Source: Eubacteriales bacterium (lineage in GTDB: Bacteria; Bacillota; Clostridia; Oscillospirales; CAG-272). Taken from it: DNA of 62,446 bases. The notes under the pieces are model-generated. The model saw nothing but the letters and a program-made list of their open reading frames with translations. It was not told where the DNA came from and ran no database searches. Shown one piece after another: positions 44,376-54,442 of this stretch (positions within the stretch are counted from its first letter, which is position 1; the number at the start of each line of letters is the position of its first letter). Location of the stretch: contig JAZOAL010000105.1 of the NCBI GenBank assembly GCA_045595425.1, positions 1-62,446 of the forward strand, given 5' to 3'. Made by a program: the position numbers and the translations under genes.

Positions 44376-45887
44376 TCAGTCAACAATACTCCAAGTGATC
44401 ATGCTCACCGCACTCGACATGCGATAGCCCTCACTGGTATATGAAATACTCTCCTCAAAGAGCACATGATCCCCTCTTGCCGCATCGTAAGAAGCGGAAT
44501 CACAAACCTCAAATTTATAATTATTTGGATTCTTTTCCCCGGGGTTCACGCATTTTGTAAATACAATATAGTGGGTTCTGTTTCTTGAAGGACGGGAGAA
44601 ATATACTATAACTCCCTCGGGATGCTCATCAAGAGCTTCCTTTATAGCCTTTTTCGAGACATCATAAGACATTGTTGAAATAATACTCTTTCCGTTCACT
44701 TTGAAACGGGACTCGATATTACTGCGGGAAACAAGTATAGGGTTGCCGTAAAGAACGCCCCTCGATGTTGTTGCGCCGTTGTTGCCAGAATTTGCAAGTG
44801 CAACAGTATATGGGTCTGCAGGGAGATCGTCTGTCTGACCGCTTCTGAAGTCATATCCCTTCGTCAATTTTGCCCCCATATTGTTGAGAACCATCGCGAT
44901 AGAAGCAAGATAACAGCCCTCATCCATCCAGTCTGCTCCCCTGCCGTATTTATCTATCATAAAACGCTTTCTGACACCGCTTGAGGTGAAAGATATTCCG
45001 GATAGTGCTGTACCGTTCCAATCACTGTTTGCGGCACTGTGCTGACTATACCAAGTAAATGCGGCATCCTTTGAAACAGTAACAGTACAGCTTGTACTCT
45101 TATCCCCCGAAGCGGCTGTCACCGTGACCTTTCCCGGAGCAAGCGCGCAATAATTCCCCTCTCCGTCTATCATCAGTACATTTTCATCGCTTGACTTCCA
45201 TTCAACATTTCGAGCACTGAAATTATAAGGTGTCAATGTAGCATAAAATGTACCGACCGCATAGAGCTTGACCTTTGTACTCACAAATGCAAGCGAAATG
45301 CCCTCTGTGGGAATAGGCTCAAAAACCCATTGCTGTGCTCGGCTTCCGGTATATTTTTCAAGCGAAAGATAATTATGCTTATAGCCTGAAAGCTGAGAGG
45401 AAACGCCAAGCGTAACCGAACCGGAACCCGAGACCGCCGGAGAAACGGTATAATTTCCATTAGTTGCAGAATAGATAACAAACTTCTCGGTTTTTTCAAC
45501 ATTTTCCGCCTTCGTTATAATACTTCCGCGCTTTGTACCGTTCTTATAACTAAGAACATATTTTCCGCCTTCGCTCTGTGGGTGCAGAACATATGTACCG
45601 TCGCCAAGGCGTTCAACATAAATGTCCTGTGCCTCGCCGCCGTTCTTTTCATCGAGATAGGCAGACCCCTTTGTGTCATAAACAAAATCATAAGCGTCAA
45701 TATAAAGTCCTGTGGAAAGATTGCGGATGCGATAAACACCGCTCTCAAGAACATTTTCCATGTTAGCCGTTTTCTTCGCACTAACCGCCGCTGATATCGG
45801 CATTGGCATTGAAGAAACTAAAAGAGAAAGCATAAGCAATAGGCATATAAATCTGCAAGCCTTGCCCATCCTCTTTTGTAATCGCAT
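44376..45887 (-). CDS. Secreted multidomain protein: ricin-type beta-trefoil, Big_2, and a C-terminal C39-like cysteine-peptidase-like domain
   Basis: Signal peptide. GVYRIRN..TGLYIDA and RAQQWVFEP (QxW) motifs. VEWKSSDENV..APGKVTVTA (Big_2). GCYLASIAMVLNN with a downstream THYIVF. Confidence 0.5.
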   Translation of the reverse strand: MRLQKRMGKACRFICLLLMLSLLVSSMPMPISAAVSAKKTANMENVLESGVYRIRNLSTGLYIDAYDFVYDTKGSAYLDEKNGGEAQDIYVERLGDGTYVLHPQSEGGKYVLSYKNGTKRGSIITKAENVEKTEKFVIYSATNGNYTVSPAVSGSGSVTLGVSSQLSGYKHNYLSLEKYTGSRAQQWVFEPIPTEGISLAFVSTKVKLYAVGTFYATLTPYNFSARNVEWKSSDENVLMIDGEGNYCALAPGKVTVTAASGDKSTSCTVTVSKDAAFTWYSQHSAANSDWNGTALSGISFTSSGVRKRFMIDKYGRGADWMDEGCYLASIAMVLNNMGAKLTKGYDFRSGQTDDLPADPYTVALANSGNNGATTSRGVLYGNPILVSRSNIESRFKVNGKSIISTMSYDVSKKAIKEALDEHPEGVIVYFSRPSRNRTHYIVFTKCVNPGEKNPNNYKFEVCDSASYDAARGDHVLFEESISYTSEGYRMSSAVSMITWSIVD

Positions 45888-46084
45888 AAAATATATCCAT
45901 CCTTATTTCAGTTTTTATAATACGCACACACAGTTATTATACACCATTTTAAACAGAATTTGCTGAACATATTGTTAATTTTATTATTATTTGCAGAAAA
46001 TATCCTCAAAAAAGCATATTCATCGCACAATTTCACAAATTGTAAACATATGTATGATAAAACTAAACGTATAAATATAACAAT

Positions 46085-46121
46085 AAAAAACGAGCCATCT
46101 CATCGGCAAGCGGGATGACTC
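46085..46121 (-). terminator. Terminator downstream of the mgsA-like gene
   Basis: GAGUCAUC/GAUGGCUC stem with one G-U pair, followed by GTTTTTT on the minus strand. Confidence 0.5.
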
Positions 46122-46151
46122 ATTTTTATATTACGCAAAATCGCGCAAAAT

Positions 46152-46571
46152 TTATCTATTATTATATTCCGAATGAGGATTGACGATATTTCGCCAATCA
46201 AGATCACCGCGCTCAAGAGCGCAGATAAGTACTTCCGCAGTTGCAATATTTGTTGCCACTGGAACATTGTGACGATCACACATGCTTAGCAATTCAAATT
46301 CCTCTTCGTCATATGAATCCAAGGGATTCGTGCTGCGGAAAAAGAGCAGTACGTCGATCTCATCATAAGCGATCCTGGAAGCAATCTGCTGCTCGCCTCC
46401 ATGCTCACCTGTCATAAGTTTTTCTATTTTCAGGCCCGTTGCTTCGGATATATATTTAGCCGTTATGCTTGTTGCACACAAATTATGCTTACTGAGTATG
46501 CCGCAATAGGCTATGCAAAACTGGGTCATAAGTTCTTTTTTGGTATCGTGTGCAATAATGGCAATTTGCAT
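46152..46571 (-). CDS. Methylglyoxal-synthase-like protein with a divergent active site
   Basis: IAIIAHD.KK, GGEQQI and VPVATN align to MgsA. However D71, D91, H98 and D101 (E. coli numbering) read E, S, Y and E. Confidence 0.6.
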   Translation of the reverse strand: MQIAIIAHDTKKELMTQFCIAYCGILSKHNLCATSITAKYISEATGLKIEKLMTGEHGGEQQIASRIAYDEIDVLLFFRSTNPLDSYDEEEFELLSMCDRHNVPVATNIATAEVLICALERGDLDWRNIVNPHSEYNNR

Positions 46572-46608
46572 CAGATTCATCCCTCTCTTTGTTTAGATTT
46601 AGTTGTGG

Positions 46609-47442
46609 TTATCTCATTAGCAGTTCCCTGCGTTTTTTCCCTGAATAAACTTTTTTAAGCAGCGGCCGATTTGCCCCGCATATCCTTGCCGCAATGTTAT
46701 TAAAAGAATCGGCAATGCGCCTCATATTTTTATTGTCAACCTCGGCGCAGAGTCTTCCGTATTCCTGGGAAAGCGAAAGCTCATATTCTTGAGGTATTAT
46801 ACCGATAAGCTGAGTGCGGGTCTTATCAATAAGCTCATTTATACCGGAGCGCAATCCGTTTTGCACAGCCTCGGCATCAAAAGAATTCACAACAAGCCTC
46901 TGTTCTTTAACTCCAAGACGATCCAGCATAATTCCCGTTCGCTCGGCAGCTCTCGCGGCTGTCGGCTGATGGGAAACGATGATCAAAGCCATAGTGGCAG
47001 ATTTTGAAACAAGCTCAACGGTTTCGCCAACCGCACCGGGAGTATCGATAAGTATAAAATCAAGCTCAAACTTCTCCTTTGCCGCTGCAAGAACCGCCGA
47101 AAACTGCTCCGGTGTGAAATCCTCTTCTGTTTCAAGAGGAGCGGCACAGAAGAAAAGATTTTCATTTCGCGCATCCCTTATAACAGCTCTCTCAATGTCG
47201 CATCGATCATAAATAACATCGCAGATATCATATATCACCGAGTCTTCGCAGCCGAAAATGAGGTCAAGGGAGCGGTTAGAAAAATCGCAGTCCACAGCCA
47301 TAACTCTTTTCCCGCGTTCAGCAAGAGCAAAAGCCAAATTCGCCGTTACGGTGGATTTACCGACTCCGCCTTTGCAGGAGGTTATGATAATAGTTTTGCA
47401 GGAAGAAACAGAGGGCGCGGTTTCGTTTTCGATCTCACTCAT
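46609..47442 (-). CDS. MinD/ParA-family P-loop ATPase (no minC/minE nearby)
   Basis: Deviant Walker A SCKGGVGKST and Walker B ILIDTPG. GGGGGA RBS before ATG 47442. Confidence 0.7.
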   Translation of the reverse strand: MSEIENETAPSVSSCKTIIITSCKGGVGKSTVTANLAFALAERGKRVMAVDCDFSNRSLDLIFGCEDSVIYDICDVIYDRCDIERAVIRDARNENLFFCAAPLETEEDFTPEQFSAVLAAAKEKFELDFILIDTPGAVGETVELVSKSATMALIIVSHQPTAARAAERTGIMLDRLGVKEQRLVVNSFDAEAVQNGLRSGINELIDKTRTQLIGIIPQEYELSLSQEYGRLCAEVDNKNMRRIADSFNNIAARICGANRPLLKKVYSGKKRRELLMR

Positions 47443-47670
47443 CACCACTATCCCCCTTCTGCCGAAAATCCTTTGGATACATTTTAACATAAACTGCGGA
47501 TTTTGTCAATGAGTCTGGGCAATAATTACATCCTGCAAATCAATTTTTTCCAATACTAACAAAAATTATTCAATAAAAATTAAAAAAGAAGCCCTCTTGC
47601 ACTTGATTTTTTGTATAATATGATGTATAATTATGTAATAAATGAAATTTCGCCAAACGGAGGCTTTTTT

Positions 47671-47901
47671 ATGAAATATTCACCGGAAAACGACAAAGCG
47701 GAAATTATTAAATGCTGTGCCTATTGCGAAAAAGCCACACCGCTTGTGGGAGATGACTATATTCTCTGCTCAAAAAAAGGCGTGGTTTCACTGACTCACC
47801 TGTGCCGCCGTTTTTCTTATGATCCGCTGAAAAGGATCCCAAGGCGCACCCCCTCTATGCCCACGCTCGAAGGCATTGCGGGAGAGCTTCCCGATGTTTA
47901 A
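47671..47901 (+). CDS. Small Cys-rich hypothetical protein (76 aa)
   Basis: GGAGG RBS. CCAYC...C...C spacing suggests a zinc-ribbon-like fold. Confidence 0.45.
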   Translation: MKYSPENDKAEIIKCCAYCEKATPLVGDDYILCSKKGVVSLTHLCRRFSYDPLKRIPRRTPSMPTLEGIAGELPDV

Positions 47902-47935
47902 TCAGTGGCCTATCAAATACGGGATAAGAAGCTAT

Positions 47936-47975
47936 AAAAAACAGGCTGTTTGCAATTGCAAACAGCCTGTTTTTT
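47936..47975. terminator. Bidirectional terminator (perfect 20-bp palindrome arms)
   Basis: AAAAAACAGGCTGTTTGCAA/TTGCAAACAGCCTGTTTTTT. Confidence 0.8.
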
Positions 47976-49809
47976 ATTTCTGCGCAAGCTTCTTTCTTGC
48001 AGCTTCGGCTTTGAGACGAAGCTCGGTATTGAGAATTCTCTTGCGGAGTCTGACAGATTTCGGAGTTACCTCGATAAGCTCATCGTCTGCGATAAATTCG
48101 ATAGCTTCTTCAAGACTGAATATGATAGGGGGAGTAAGCAGGAGCTTTTCATCCGCACCGGAGGAACGGATAGATGTCAAATGCTTCTTCTTGCAGGGAT
48201 TCACCGCGATATCCTGTCCCTTGGGATTCTGACCGACTATCATTCCCTCATAAACAGGAGTGGCAACTCCGACAAACATGTCGCCGCGCTCCTGAGTGCC
48301 GTAAAGACCGTAGCTTGTGGTCTCGCCGTCCTCGGAAGCAACAAGAGAACCGGTATATCTCATTGGAATATCTCCCTTAAAGGGCTGATAACCGTCAAAG
48401 ATAGAATTGATGATACCCTCGCCGCGAGTATCTGTCATAAATTCGGAACGGTAACCGAAAAGACATCTTGCAGGTATCGAATATTCTATCCTCATTCGGC
48501 TTCCGTTGGGATTCATTTCAAGAAGCTCGCCCTTACGTCTGCCAAGCTTTTCAATTACTGTTCCGCTGGCCTCTGAAGGAACGTCAATAGAAACGCGCTC
48601 CATAGGCTCGCAGGTCACACCGTCAATTTCCTTATAAAGCACACGCGGAGTGCTGCAGCAAAGCTCATAACCCTCACGGCGCATAGTTTCAATGAGAATG
48701 GAAAGATGCATCTCTCCTCTTCCCGCCACTCTGAATTGGTCGGTAGTTTCACCGTCCTCTACACGCAGAGATACGTCCTTGAGGAGCTCCTTATAAAGAC
48801 GCTCGCGAAGCTGACGGGAAGTTACAAATTTTCCCTCCTTGCCTGCAAACGGGCTGTCGTTTACAGAGAAGGTCATTTCCATTGTAGGCTCACTTACCTT
48901 GACAAACTCAAGAGGTTCGGGAGCATTGACCGAGGTGATAGTATCTCCGATGGTTATATCAGCCGCGCCGGCAAAGCAGACGATATCGCCAACAGTTGCG
49001 CTTTCAACAGCAGTTCTGCTAAGACCGTCAAACTGATATATCGAAACGATCTTTGTCTTTTTCGGAGCTGCCTCTGTGTGATAGTTACAAACAAGAGCAT
49101 CCTGATTCTGCCTTAAAGTACCGCGCTCAATACGTCCAATGCCGATTCTTCCCACAAATTCGTTGTAATCTATAGAAGAAACAAGAAGCTGGAGTTCACC
49201 TCCGGGATCACCCTCGGGAGCAGGCATATATTCAATAATGGTGTCAAAAAGGGGCTTCAGGTCTGTCCCCTGCTGATAAGGAGAGAGAGAAGCAGTTCCG
49301 TTTCTGCCGGAGCAGAAGATCATGGGGCTGTCAAGCTGCTCATCTGTCGCATTAAGATCGATAAGAAGCTCCAGAACCTCTTCTTCAACCTCTTCAAGAC
49401 GGGCATCTGGCTTATCTATCTTGTTGACAACAACGATAACTCTATGGTTCATCTCCAGTGCCTTCTGAAGCACAAAGCGCGTCTGAGGCATCGGTCCTTC
49501 AGCCGCATCGACCAAAAGAATAACACCGTTCACCATTTTAAGTATACGCTCAACCTCACCGCCGAAATCCGCATGACCTGGAGTGTCGACAATATTGATC
49601 TTAACGTCGCCGTAATGAACTGCGGTATTCTTTGCGAGAATAGTGATTCCGCGCTCACGTTCAAGGGCATTACTGTCCATAACTCTTTCTGTTGTTGCCT
49701 GATTGTCGCGATAAACTCCGCCCTGCTTTAGCATCTCATCTACAAGGGTAGTTTTACCATGGTCAACATGGGCAATTATCGCAATATTTCGAAGATCTTC
49801 TCTTTTCAA
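47974..49809 (-). CDS. typA: Translational GTPase TypA/BipA
   Basis: AIIAHVDHGKTTL, DTPGH and NKID motifs. There is no in-frame ATG before the G1 motif. The likely start is TTG at 49809 after GGGGGA, and the track ORF begins at another TTG at 49833. Confidence 0.9.
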   Translation of the reverse strand: MKREDLRNIAIIAHVDHGKTTLVDEMLKQGGVYRDNQATTERVMDSNALERERGITILAKNTAVHYGDVKINIVDTPGHADFGGEVERILKMVNGVILLVDAAEGPMPQTRFVLQKALEMNHRVIVVVNKIDKPDARLEEVEEEVLELLIDLNATDEQLDSPMIFCSGRNGTASLSPYQQGTDLKPLFDTIIEYMPAPEGDPGGELQLLVSSIDYNEFVGRIGIGRIERGTLRQNQDALVCNYHTEAAPKKTKIVSIYQFDGLSRTAVESATVGDIVCFAGAADITIGDTITSVNAPEPLEFVKVSEPTMEMTFSVNDSPFAGKEGKFVTSRQLRERLYKELLKDVSLRVEDGETTDQFRVAGRGEMHLSILIETMRREGYELCCSTPRVLYKEIDGVTCEPMERVSIDVPSEASGTVIEKLGRRKGELLEMNPNGSRMRIEYSIPARCLFGYRSEFMTDTRGEGIINSIFDGYQPFKGDIPMRYTGSLVASEDGETTSYGLYGTQERGDMFVGVATPVYEGMIVGQNPKGQDIAVNPCKKKHLTSIRSSGADEKLLLTPPIIFSLEEAIEFIADDELIEVTPKSVRLRKRILNTELRLKAEAARKKLAQK

Positions 49810-50161
49810 ATTCTTGTCCCCCAATAAATTCAATTTCTACAATTTGATATTATACCACATTTTTTTCATATAGTAAACAGTTTTTGTGACGATTTTGATA
49901 AAATTTCATCTATTTTTTTGTGCAAAACGCATTTTTTGTGCTTGAAAATCTTCAAAAAGACATTAGATGCTCATTTGTTTCGAAGCCTATCAAACCAATG
50001 TTAGATAAAAACGATACATTGATAAGTTTCAAATTTACTTTTAGACCCAACATTGCTTGATGCGTATCCAATATTTGTAACACTTGCATGAAAGTTTTAT
50101 TCATTTATGTGTTTTTTCTTCGAACACCATCGAACGTTTTACAGCTTTTAATAAAAAACGC

Positions 50162-50190
50162 TTGACAATCCTTAAAATATATGATAAACT
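50162..50190 (+). promoter_or_regulatory. Candidate sigma-A promoter (TTGACA-17-TAAACT)
   Basis: TTGACA at 50162-50167 and TAAACT at 50185-50190. Confidence 0.45.
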
Positions 50191-50277
50191 TAAAACAATG
50201 GAAATATGTTCCGGACAAAAAAATCTCATTCTTTCTAATTGTTTAATAAAGGGCGAAGCCCGAAAAAAGAGGTTATT

Positions 50278-51369
50278 ATGGAAATCAAATTACTCCGAGA
50301 ACCAAATATCGTTTACGAATCTGCAATGCTTCTTTACAACAGCCGTAACGGTCAATCCTGTGCAGAGCTCAAAAATGCCATTCAGAAAAAGTTTTCTATC
50401 GATGCCGATGTTCTCGACAACTGTTTTAATGCTATTATTGAGATCAGCGACTATGTAACGGGTGCTCTTGCCGCTGATGAAAAGCTTCTGGATTTTCTTT
50501 TTGCCCGTCACAGCGCAATGAAGGGGTGCTTCGCTTTTTATCTTATTCATGATGCTTGCCGACGTGCCGAGCCGGATTTCGTCAGCGATGTAAAGCGCAT
50601 ACGCGATCTTTCGAAGGCAGAATTCTTTGTTAACTTTACTTCTATGCTTATAAGTGACTATGCTCCTCAGGATTGGGACGGAGATATCACAAACTATACA
50701 GAGCTTTTTGCCTTCATCGAGCAAATGCCTATCCCATCCGATGAAAAATTTGAGCTTTGCCGTCTATATAACAATTTTGAGAACTATAAAAGTCTCCTCG
50801 CCGACATAATTGAGGATGCAGGAAATCTTTTCATGCGTAAATATGATGTTGTGAAGCATTATATCGGCTGGTTTTTATCTGCTATCGGCGAGCCGCTTAA
50901 CTCCGGCGGGCAGAAATTTATCGAGCAGAATTATGATCTTCCCATCTCTCCCTCGGTTGATGTTCTTTATCTTCAGCCTTCTATAGTTATGTGCAACACA
51001 ACAAAATATCTGATGAGCTATACAGATGAAAAGGTATACGATTTCTTCTATGTGGGAGTGCTTTTTGAGCCTCTGAAGGAGATCACCGATTCTTCAACCC
51101 TCGAAGATAAGCTCTGCAGAAATCTGCGTACTATCGGAGATCTGCGCAAATTTGAGATACTTCGTCTGCTTTCCGAAGGAGAAAAATACGGACAGCAGCT
51201 TGCCTCTCTTCTGGATCTGAGCACAGCTACGATCTCTCACCATATGGCGATGCTGATGGAGTGCGGATTTGTTGAGATCAAACGCGAATCAAACCGCATT
51301 TATTACTGTCTCAATCGCAAAAAGCTTCGTGATTTTATCGATGAACTTACAAATTCACTGCTTACATAA
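50278..51369 (+). CDS. ArsR-family wHTH regulator with a ~270-aa N-terminal domain of unknown function
   Basis: The C-terminal L..IGD..RFEIL.LL..GE....QLA..L.LS..T.SHH...L...G.V pattern is classic ArsR/SmtB. The N-terminal part has no motif I recognise. Confidence 0.65.
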   Translation: MEIKLLREPNIVYESAMLLYNSRNGQSCAELKNAIQKKFSIDADVLDNCFNAIIEISDYVTGALAADEKLLDFLFARHSAMKGCFAFYLIHDACRRAEPDFVSDVKRIRDLSKAEFFVNFTSMLISDYAPQDWDGDITNYTELFAFIEQMPIPSDEKFELCRLYNNFENYKSLLADIIEDAGNLFMRKYDVVKHYIGWFLSAIGEPLNSGGQKFIEQNYDLPISPSVDVLYLQPSIVMCNTTKYLMSYTDEKVYDFFYVGVLFEPLKEITDSSTLEDKLCRNLRTIGDLRKFEILRLLSEGEKYGQQLASLLDLSTATISHHMAMLMECGFVEIKRESNRIYYCLNRKKLRDFIDELTNSLLT

Positions 51370-51370
51370 A

Positions 51371-51406
51371 GAAGATGGCTGGTGCAAAATTGCACCAGCC
51401 ATCTTC
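51371..51406. terminator. Bidirectional terminator
   Basis: GAAGATGGCTGGTGCAA / TTGCACCAGCCATCTTC perfect 17-bp stem. Confidence 0.8.
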
Positions 51407-51421
51407 CTTATGATAACGTTT

Positions 51422-52750
51422 TTAATAATTATATTTTTTCCTTTTGAACAAAAGAAAGGTTATTGTAACAGCAAAAGCAAGCAGCTCTGCCGCAATCACT
51501 GAAAACCAAATACCGTCCAGTTTAAATATTATCGGTAAAATAATTACACAGGAAGTTTGGAAAATCAAGGTTCGAAGGAAGGATATCACAGCCGAAGTCA
51601 AGCCATCGTTAAGCGCTGTAAAAAACGACGAACCGAAAATATTGAAGCCGCAGATGAGATAGCTGAAAGCATATATTGTAAATCCTCTGACAGTAATATC
51701 GAAAAGAGCCTGGTCATAACCTACAAAGATTGACGAAAGCAATCCTGCCGCTGCGATCGCTGTTACTGCCATAACTATCCCGGTAAAGCTCACCAAAACA
51801 AGACTTTTTCTCAGCATATTTCTTAGTTCCGAATTGTTTCCCGCACCAAAATGATAGCTTATTATCGGAGCACTGCCAATAGAAAATCCTATGAATATCG
51901 CGGCAAAAATAAAGCCAACATACATGATAACGCCATATGCCGCCACGCCGTCATCACCGGCAAAATTCATAAGCTGAAAATTGTAAAGCATTGTTACAAC
52001 AGAGGCGGAAATATTGCTCATCAGCTCGGAGGATCCGTTGGTGCAGGTTTTAAGGAAAACGCCGCCGTTAAAGCTCGCTCTGCCCAGACGCAGACGGCTG
52101 CTGTTTTTCGATGCGAAATACAAAACGGGAAGCGCACCGCCGACAAACTGGCTAAGCGCAGTTGCAAGGGCAGCACCGAAAAGCCCCCAGCGGAAAACAG
52201 CAACAAACAGCGCGTCAAGCACCATATTTGTCACTCCTGCGGCAACAGTCACCGCAAGCCCCAGCTTAGGCTTTTCCGCCGTAATAAAAAAGCTCTGAAA
52301 AATATTCTGAAGCATAAAGAACGGCAGTGCTATAAGATTTACTCTGCCATACAGAATACAGCAATCAAGGATCTCCCCCTCTGCCCCCAGCAATAGGGCA
52401 GCCGGTCGAAGAAAAATAAGTCCCAATACCGTAAGCAAAATACCGCCAACAGCTGTAAGATACACAAGCATGGAAAAATATTCGTTGGCTTTTCTGTCCT
52501 GCCCCTCTCCCATGGTTTTAGCAACGATTGCAGTACCGCCTGTACCGATCATAAATCCGAGAGCTCCGAGGATCATAAGCAGTGGGAAGATAAGATTTAT
52601 GGCAGTAAACGAGGTCTTCCCCACAAAATTTGATACAAATAAGCCGTCAACAACACCATAGATCGAGGTAAAGATCATCATTATTATTGACGGAAACACA
52701 AAACGAAGCAGCTTACGGTAGGTAAAATGCTCCGAAATACTTATTTTCAT
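51422..52750 (-). CDS. MATE-family efflux transporter
   Basis: 12 TM segments. LLRFVFPSIIMMIFTSIYGVVDGLFVSNFVG is typical of the MATE N-terminus. GGAGG RBS. Confidence 0.85.
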   Translation of the reverse strand: MKISISEHFTYRKLLRFVFPSIIMMIFTSIYGVVDGLFVSNFVGKTSFTAINLIFPLLMILGALGFMIGTGGTAIVAKTMGEGQDRKANEYFSMLVYLTAVGGILLTVLGLIFLRPAALLLGAEGEILDCCILYGRVNLIALPFFMLQNIFQSFFITAEKPKLGLAVTVAAGVTNMVLDALFVAVFRWGLFGAALATALSQFVGGALPVLYFASKNSSRLRLGRASFNGGVFLKTCTNGSSELMSNISASVVTMLYNFQLMNFAGDDGVAAYGVIMYVGFIFAAIFIGFSIGSAPIISYHFGAGNNSELRNMLRKSLVLVSFTGIVMAVTAIAAAGLLSSIFVGYDQALFDITVRGFTIYAFSYLICGFNIFGSSFFTALNDGLTSAVISFLRTLIFQTSCVIILPIIFKLDGIWFSVIAAELLAFAVTITFLLFKRKKYNY

Positions 52751-52878
52751 AAAAACCTCCAAATGCACATGGGCTTATTATAGCATGCGGCAATCCAAAT
52801 GTCAACAGAAATGCAGTGGCATTGATAAAATATTATCCTAAATAACAAAATTACGATATAAGAATTGCCAAATCGCAA

Positions 52879-52907
52879 TTGACAAAGCTTGGCAAATGTG
52901 TTATAAT
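52879..52907 (+). promoter_or_regulatory. Sigma-A promoter of glyA (TTGACA-17-TATAAT, extended TG)
   Basis: TTGACA at 52879-52884 and TGtTATAAT at 52899-52907. Confidence 0.7.
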
Positions 52908-52942
52908 GATCTTGTTATTTTTTCTATAATGGAGGATTATCA

Positions 52943-54181
52943 ATGTTTTTTCAGGAGCTTGAAAAATTTGATGCCGAAGTAGCATCAGCGTGTGAGCGCG
53001 AGCTTGGCAGACAGAGACACAATATCGAGCTTATCGCATCCGAAAATATAGTTTCAAAGGCTGTTCTTTTGGCTGCGGGAGGCGTTCTTACAAACAAATA
53101 TGCCGAAGGATATCCCGGAAAGAGATATTACGGCGGCTGCGTTTATGTTGACGAGGTCGAAGAGATCGCTCGAGAGCGCGCAAAGAAGCTGTTCGGCGCA
53201 GAGCATGCAAATGTTCAGCCCCATTGCGGTGCCAGCGCAAATCTTGCAACATTTTTTGCACTTTTGAATCCCGGAGATACGGTTCTTTCCATGAATCTCG
53301 CTCACGGAGGCCATCTTTCACACGGTTCCCCCGTTAATATTTCGGGTAAGTATTTCAATATCGTTCCGTACGGCGTTTCCTCCGAAACTCAGACTATTGA
53401 TTATGACGAAGTTGAGCGTCTTGCTCTTGAATGTAAGCCCAAGCTCATTCTCGCAGGTGCTTCCGCTTACCCAAGAGTTATTGATTTCAAACGCTTCCGC
53501 GAAATAGCGGACAAGGTCGGCGCATATTTTATGGTGGATATGGCGCATATTGCAGGTCTCGTTGCCGCAGGCGTTCACCCCAGTCCCGTCCCTTATGCGG
53601 ATGTTGTTACAACCACAACTCATAAGACTCTGCGCGGTCCCAGAGGAGGTATGATCCTCTGCCGTGAGGAGCTTGCAAAAGCCATCGACAAGGCAATTTT
53701 CCCCGGCACACAGGGCGGCCCTCTTATGCACATCATCGCCGCAAAGGCAGTTGCCTTCGGCGAGGCTCTCACAGATGAATTCAAGGCTTATCAGGAGCAG
53801 ATCGCAAAGAACGCAAAGATTCTCTCCGAAGAACTGCTTGCAAAGGGCATAAAGCTGGTTTCCGGCGGCACCGATAACCACCTTATGCTGCTCGACCTGC
53901 GCGACACCGGCATCACAGGCAAGGAGCTTGAGCACCGCCTTGATGAAGTGCATATCACAGCAAACAAAAACGCTATTCCCGATGATCCCCAGAGCCCCTT
54001 TATCACAAGCGGTCTGCGCATCGGCACTCCTGCCGTCACATCCCGCGGCTTCAAAGCCGAGGAGATGAAGCGCATCGCCTCTTGGATATATGACGTTATC
54101 TACAATTTTGAAGAGAAAAAGGACCAGATTTCAAGAGAAGTCATGGATCTCTGCGAAAAATTCCCTATATACGAAGACTGA
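52943..54181 (+). CDS. glyA: Serine hydroxymethyltransferase
   Basis: [20 protein letters not shown] and [14 protein letters not shown] motifs. Confidence 0.97.
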   Translation: MFFQELEKFDAEVASACERELGRQRHNIELIASENIVSKAVLLAAGGVLTNKYAEGYPGKRYYGGCVYVDEVEEIARERAKKLFGAEHANVQPHCGASANLATFFALLNPGDTVLSMNLAHGGHLSHGSPVNISGKYFNIVPYGVSSETQTIDYDEVERLALECKPKLILAGASAYPRVIDFKRFREIADKVGAYFMVDMAHIAGLVAAGVHPSPVPYADVVTTTTHKTLRGPRGGMILCREELAKAIDKAIFPGTQGGPLMHIIAAKAVAFGEALTDEFKAYQEQIAKNAKILSEELLAKGIKLVSGGTDNHLMLLDLRDTGITGKELEHRLDEVHITANKNAIPDDPQSPFITSGLRIGTPAVTSRGFKAEEMKRIASWIYDVIYNFEEKKDQISREVMDLCEKFPIYED

Positions 54182-54220
54182 AATATCTAATTTGTAAACT
54201 ATGAGAGTAGCTTGACTACC

Positions 54221-54266
54221 AAAATCCAAAAGGCTGTCACATTTTGCGGCATCCTTTTGGATTTTT
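54221..54266 (+). terminator. Rho-independent terminator of glyA
   Basis: AAAATCCAAAAGG / CCTTTTGGATTTT stem followed by a T-run. Confidence 0.75.
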
Positions 54267-54383
54267 GGTTTTGGCTGTTTACTTTAAAGAGAATTCTTTC
54301 TGCGATTCTGTTATAATCGTTTGTATCCCATTTTCTGCAGTGGTATTTGTCACAAGCTCAAAACATCAGCTGTTTCCGCGCCC

Positions 54384-54412
54384 TTGACTTTTGACCCGCA
54401 ACCGGTTATAAT
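54384..54412 (+). promoter_or_regulatory. Sigma-A promoter of the ABC exporter gene (TTGACT-17-TATAAT)
   Basis: TTGACT at 54384-54389 and TATAAT at 54407-54412. Confidence 0.6.
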
Positions 54413-54442
54413 AATTATTCAGAAACAAAAAGGAGAACCGTG

